From assembly GCA_964291395.2 (NCBI GenBank), contig OZ219858.1, positions 768,001 through 832,000 of the forward strand: a stretch of 64,000 nt of DNA, in the 5' to 3' direction. Under the pieces are notes generated by a model that saw nothing but the letters and a program-made list of their open reading frames with translations, was not told the DNA's origin and searched no databases. Source of the stretch: Alphaproteobacteria bacterium. GTDB taxonomy: Bacteria; Pseudomonadota; Alphaproteobacteria; UBA2966. The position numbers and the translations under genes were made by a program. Shown here one piece after another: positions 61,879 to 64,000 of this stretch; position 1 is the first letter of the stretch, and each line of letters begins with the position of its first letter.

Positions 61879-62021
61879 GGCGTCGACGTCCCGCGCGGAC
61901 CGAATATTCTCGACGACCGGGGAGAGAAGCCGCCGGAAATCGATGCTGGTCGAAGGAGACTCGTCAGCCCTGTTGAGCGCGCCTCGGGGATGGGCTAAGC
62001 ACGCACTGGGAGGAGATTGAC

Positions 62022-62930
62022 ATGGCGGAGTCCGGATCGGACACGGGCACGGCCCGGATTATCGACGGCAAGGCGTTCGCCGCGGGGATTCGCGAGAAGG
62101 TGGCGCGGCGCGTCACGCACCTGAAGGCCGAGCACGGCGTAACCCCAGGCTTGGCGGTCGTGCTTGTGGGCGAGAACCCCGCGAGCCAAGTCTATACGCG
62201 CAACAAGTCGAAACAGACCGTCGAAGTGGGGATGGAGTCGTTCAAGTTCGACCTCCCGGCGGAAACGACCCAGGACGAGGTGCTCGGCAGGGTCTCCGAA
62301 CTCAACGAGGACTCCAGGGTAAACGGCATCCTCGTACAGCTACCGCTTCCCGATCAGATCGAGGAACACGCCGTCATCAACGCCATCGATCCCGCCAAGG
62401 ACGTCGACGGCTTCCACGTGATCAACACCGGACGGCTGGCGACGGGCCAGGACGCGCTCGTGCCGTGCACCCCGCTCGGCTGCCTGATGATGCTCAAGGA
62501 CGCACTGGGGGATCTGCAGGGGCGGAAGGCCCTGGTCTTGGGCCGCTCCAACATCGTCGGCAAGCCGATGGCCATGTTGCTCATCAAGGAAAGCTGCACC
62601 GTCACCGTGGCGCATTCACGAACTCAGGACCTTCCGGCGGAGGCCCGGGAAGCGGACATTCTGGTCGCCGCGGTCGGCCGTCCCCGGATGGTCAAGGGAG
62701 ACTGGATCAAACCGGGCGCCACGGTGATCGACGTCGGCATCAACCGAGTGCCGGCGGGAGAGGGAAAGGCCCGGCTTGTCGGCGACGTCGATTTCGATGA
62801 AGCGGTGAAGATCGCGGGCGCCATCACGCCGGTTCCCGGCGGGGTCGGCCCCATGACGATCGCCTGCCTCCTGCACAACACCGTGACGGCCTGCGGCCGC
62901 CAGAACGGGCTCGACGTCCCTGTCGACTAA
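62022..62930 (+). CDS. folD: Methylenetetrahydrofolate dehydrogenase/cyclohydrolase
   Basis: [40 protein letters not shown]. Confidence 0.96.
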   Translation: MAESGSDTGTARIIDGKAFAAGIREKVARRVTHLKAEHGVTPGLAVVLVGENPASQVYTRNKSKQTVEVGMESFKFDLPAETTQDEVLGRVSELNEDSRVNGILVQLPLPDQIEEHAVINAIDPAKDVDGFHVINTGRLATGQDALVPCTPLGCLMMLKDALGDLQGRKALVLGRSNIVGKPMAMLLIKESCTVTVAHSRTQDLPAEAREADILVAAVGRPRMVKGDWIKPGATVIDVGINRVPAGEGKARLVGDVDFDEAVKIAGAITPVPGGVGPMTIACLLHNTVTACGRQNGLDVPVD

Positions 62931-63048
62931 CGAATTGACAAAAAAGGAAAATTCACAGGATCGTGGTGGCGGTAGCTAGGAACGGATCATCCCGTCCTCG
63001 GCCGAACGCCCGCCGGTGACGGAAGCGGCAGGGCGCCGCACGGTCCAT

Positions 63049-63954
63049 TCAGAAGGGTCTCGACATGGACGTCTCTTCGTGATGACACAGGCGTCTGCAT
63101 ACCTCATCCAACTGCTCGAGCGTCTTGTACCCGATATTGACCGTCCCTCCCGTCTCTCCCTTGTGGCGGATGTCGACGTGAAGACCGAGAGCCTCGGAAA
63201 GATCGCGCTCCAGCGCGAGCGTGTCCGCATCCTTGTCGGCGACGCCCCGCTTCCTGCCGTTCCCCGAACCCGTTTCCTTCGCCAGGGTTTCCACCTCTCG
63301 AACCGTAAGACCCTGATTTATAATACGTTTTGCGAGTCCTTCCGGATCTTCCGTCCCCAACAAAGCTCTCGCATGCCCTGCCGACAGCTGCCCGTCTTCC
63401 ACCAACCGCTTCACCGAGTCGGGTAGGTTCAACAAGCGTACGGCGTTCGCAACATGGCTGCGACTCCTGCCGATGGCGAGGGAAACGGCCTCTTGCGTGA
63501 GTCCGAATTCTTCCATGAGGCGGCTGTACCCCTCCGCCTCCTCGATCGCGCTCAGGTCTTCGCGTTGAATGTTCTCCACGAGCGCGATCTTCAACGATTG
63601 GGCGTCATCGAGGTCCTTGACGACAACGGGTACCCGGTGCAATTGCGCCCGCTGAGCGGCACGCCAACGACGCTCCCCGGCAACGATTTCGAATTCCTCT
63701 TTCCGATCGCCCGCGCGTCGCACGAGTATCGGCTGCAGCATGCCGACTTCCTTGACGGACTCGACCAGGGTTTCCATCTCCGCCTCGTCGAACCGCCGCC
63801 TCGGCTGAAAGGCACTGGGCCGGAGCCGTTCGATCGGAACCGTCTTCGACGATCGGGTCTGATCCAGACGCGCATAGTCTTCCGCGTCGTCACCGAGAAG
63901 CGCGGATAGTCCCCGGCCCAGGCCGCGCCGCCGGCCCTGGGTTTCCTCGATCAT
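63049..63954 (-). CDS. parB: Chromosome partitioning protein ParB
   Basis: GLGRGLSALL, QPRR.F, AGERRWRAA, ENIQREDL, GHARAL. Confidence 0.95.
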   Translation of the reverse strand: MIEETQGRRRGLGRGLSALLGDDAEDYARLDQTRSSKTVPIERLRPSAFQPRRRFDEAEMETLVESVKEVGMLQPILVRRAGDRKEEFEIVAGERRWRAAQRAQLHRVPVVVKDLDDAQSLKIALVENIQREDLSAIEEAEGYSRLMEEFGLTQEAVSLAIGRSRSHVANAVRLLNLPDSVKRLVEDGQLSAGHARALLGTEDPEGLAKRIINQGLTVREVETLAKETGSGNGRKRGVADKDADTLALERDLSEALGLHVDIRHKGETGGTVNIGYKTLEQLDEVCRRLCHHEETSMSRPF

Positions 63955-64000
63955 GCCGCGATGGCCCCCTCGCGCCGAAGCACCTCTCCGGCGAGGCTGA
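63951..64000 (-). CDS. parA: 3' end of ParA (partial)
   Basis: SLAGEVLRREGAIAA* with ATGA overlap onto parB. Confidence 0.7.
   Translation of the reverse strand, partial: SLAGEVLRREGAIAA

Noticed and set aside
62930-64000. parS site near parB
   Set aside because: No TGTTTCACGTGAAACA-like palindrome noticed.

Overview
High-GC alphaproteobacterial (Rhodospirillales-like) chromosomal window. It has a housekeeping backbone (ybbP-ybbA/tesA, rlmN-argG, holA-lptE-leuS-DUF3576, yggS, tRNA-Ala, yggT-folD, parB/parA) and many catabolic oxidoreductases. The most interesting region is an ~8 kb iron island (39.5-47.8 kb) with eight Fur-like boxes. It contains hemP plus an unnamed CxxC protein, convergent bfd/bfr, and an operon of a secreted DUF4856-like protein, an in-frame fusion of a His-box membrane desaturase to a FutA-type Fe(III)-binding protein, and a FutB permease with no ATPase. 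It ends in orphan Fur-like boxes in front of a structured sRNA candidate. A patch of mobile-element remnants at 30.5-32.3 kb holds a possible IS end, an atypical pyrE, the 5' stub of a group IIC intron right behind a terminator, and a GNAT-toxin/integrase deletion junction joined by 15 bp readable in both genes. Next to it is a sulfotransferase plus a CysN-CysC fusion with a degenerate GTPase. Also present: gapdh-arsJ beside a persulfide dioxygenase-rhodanese fusion, a Rieske oxygenase beside RND remnants, and several frameshifted genes (decay or assembly error). All family assignments come from motif recognition by eye, not database searches.
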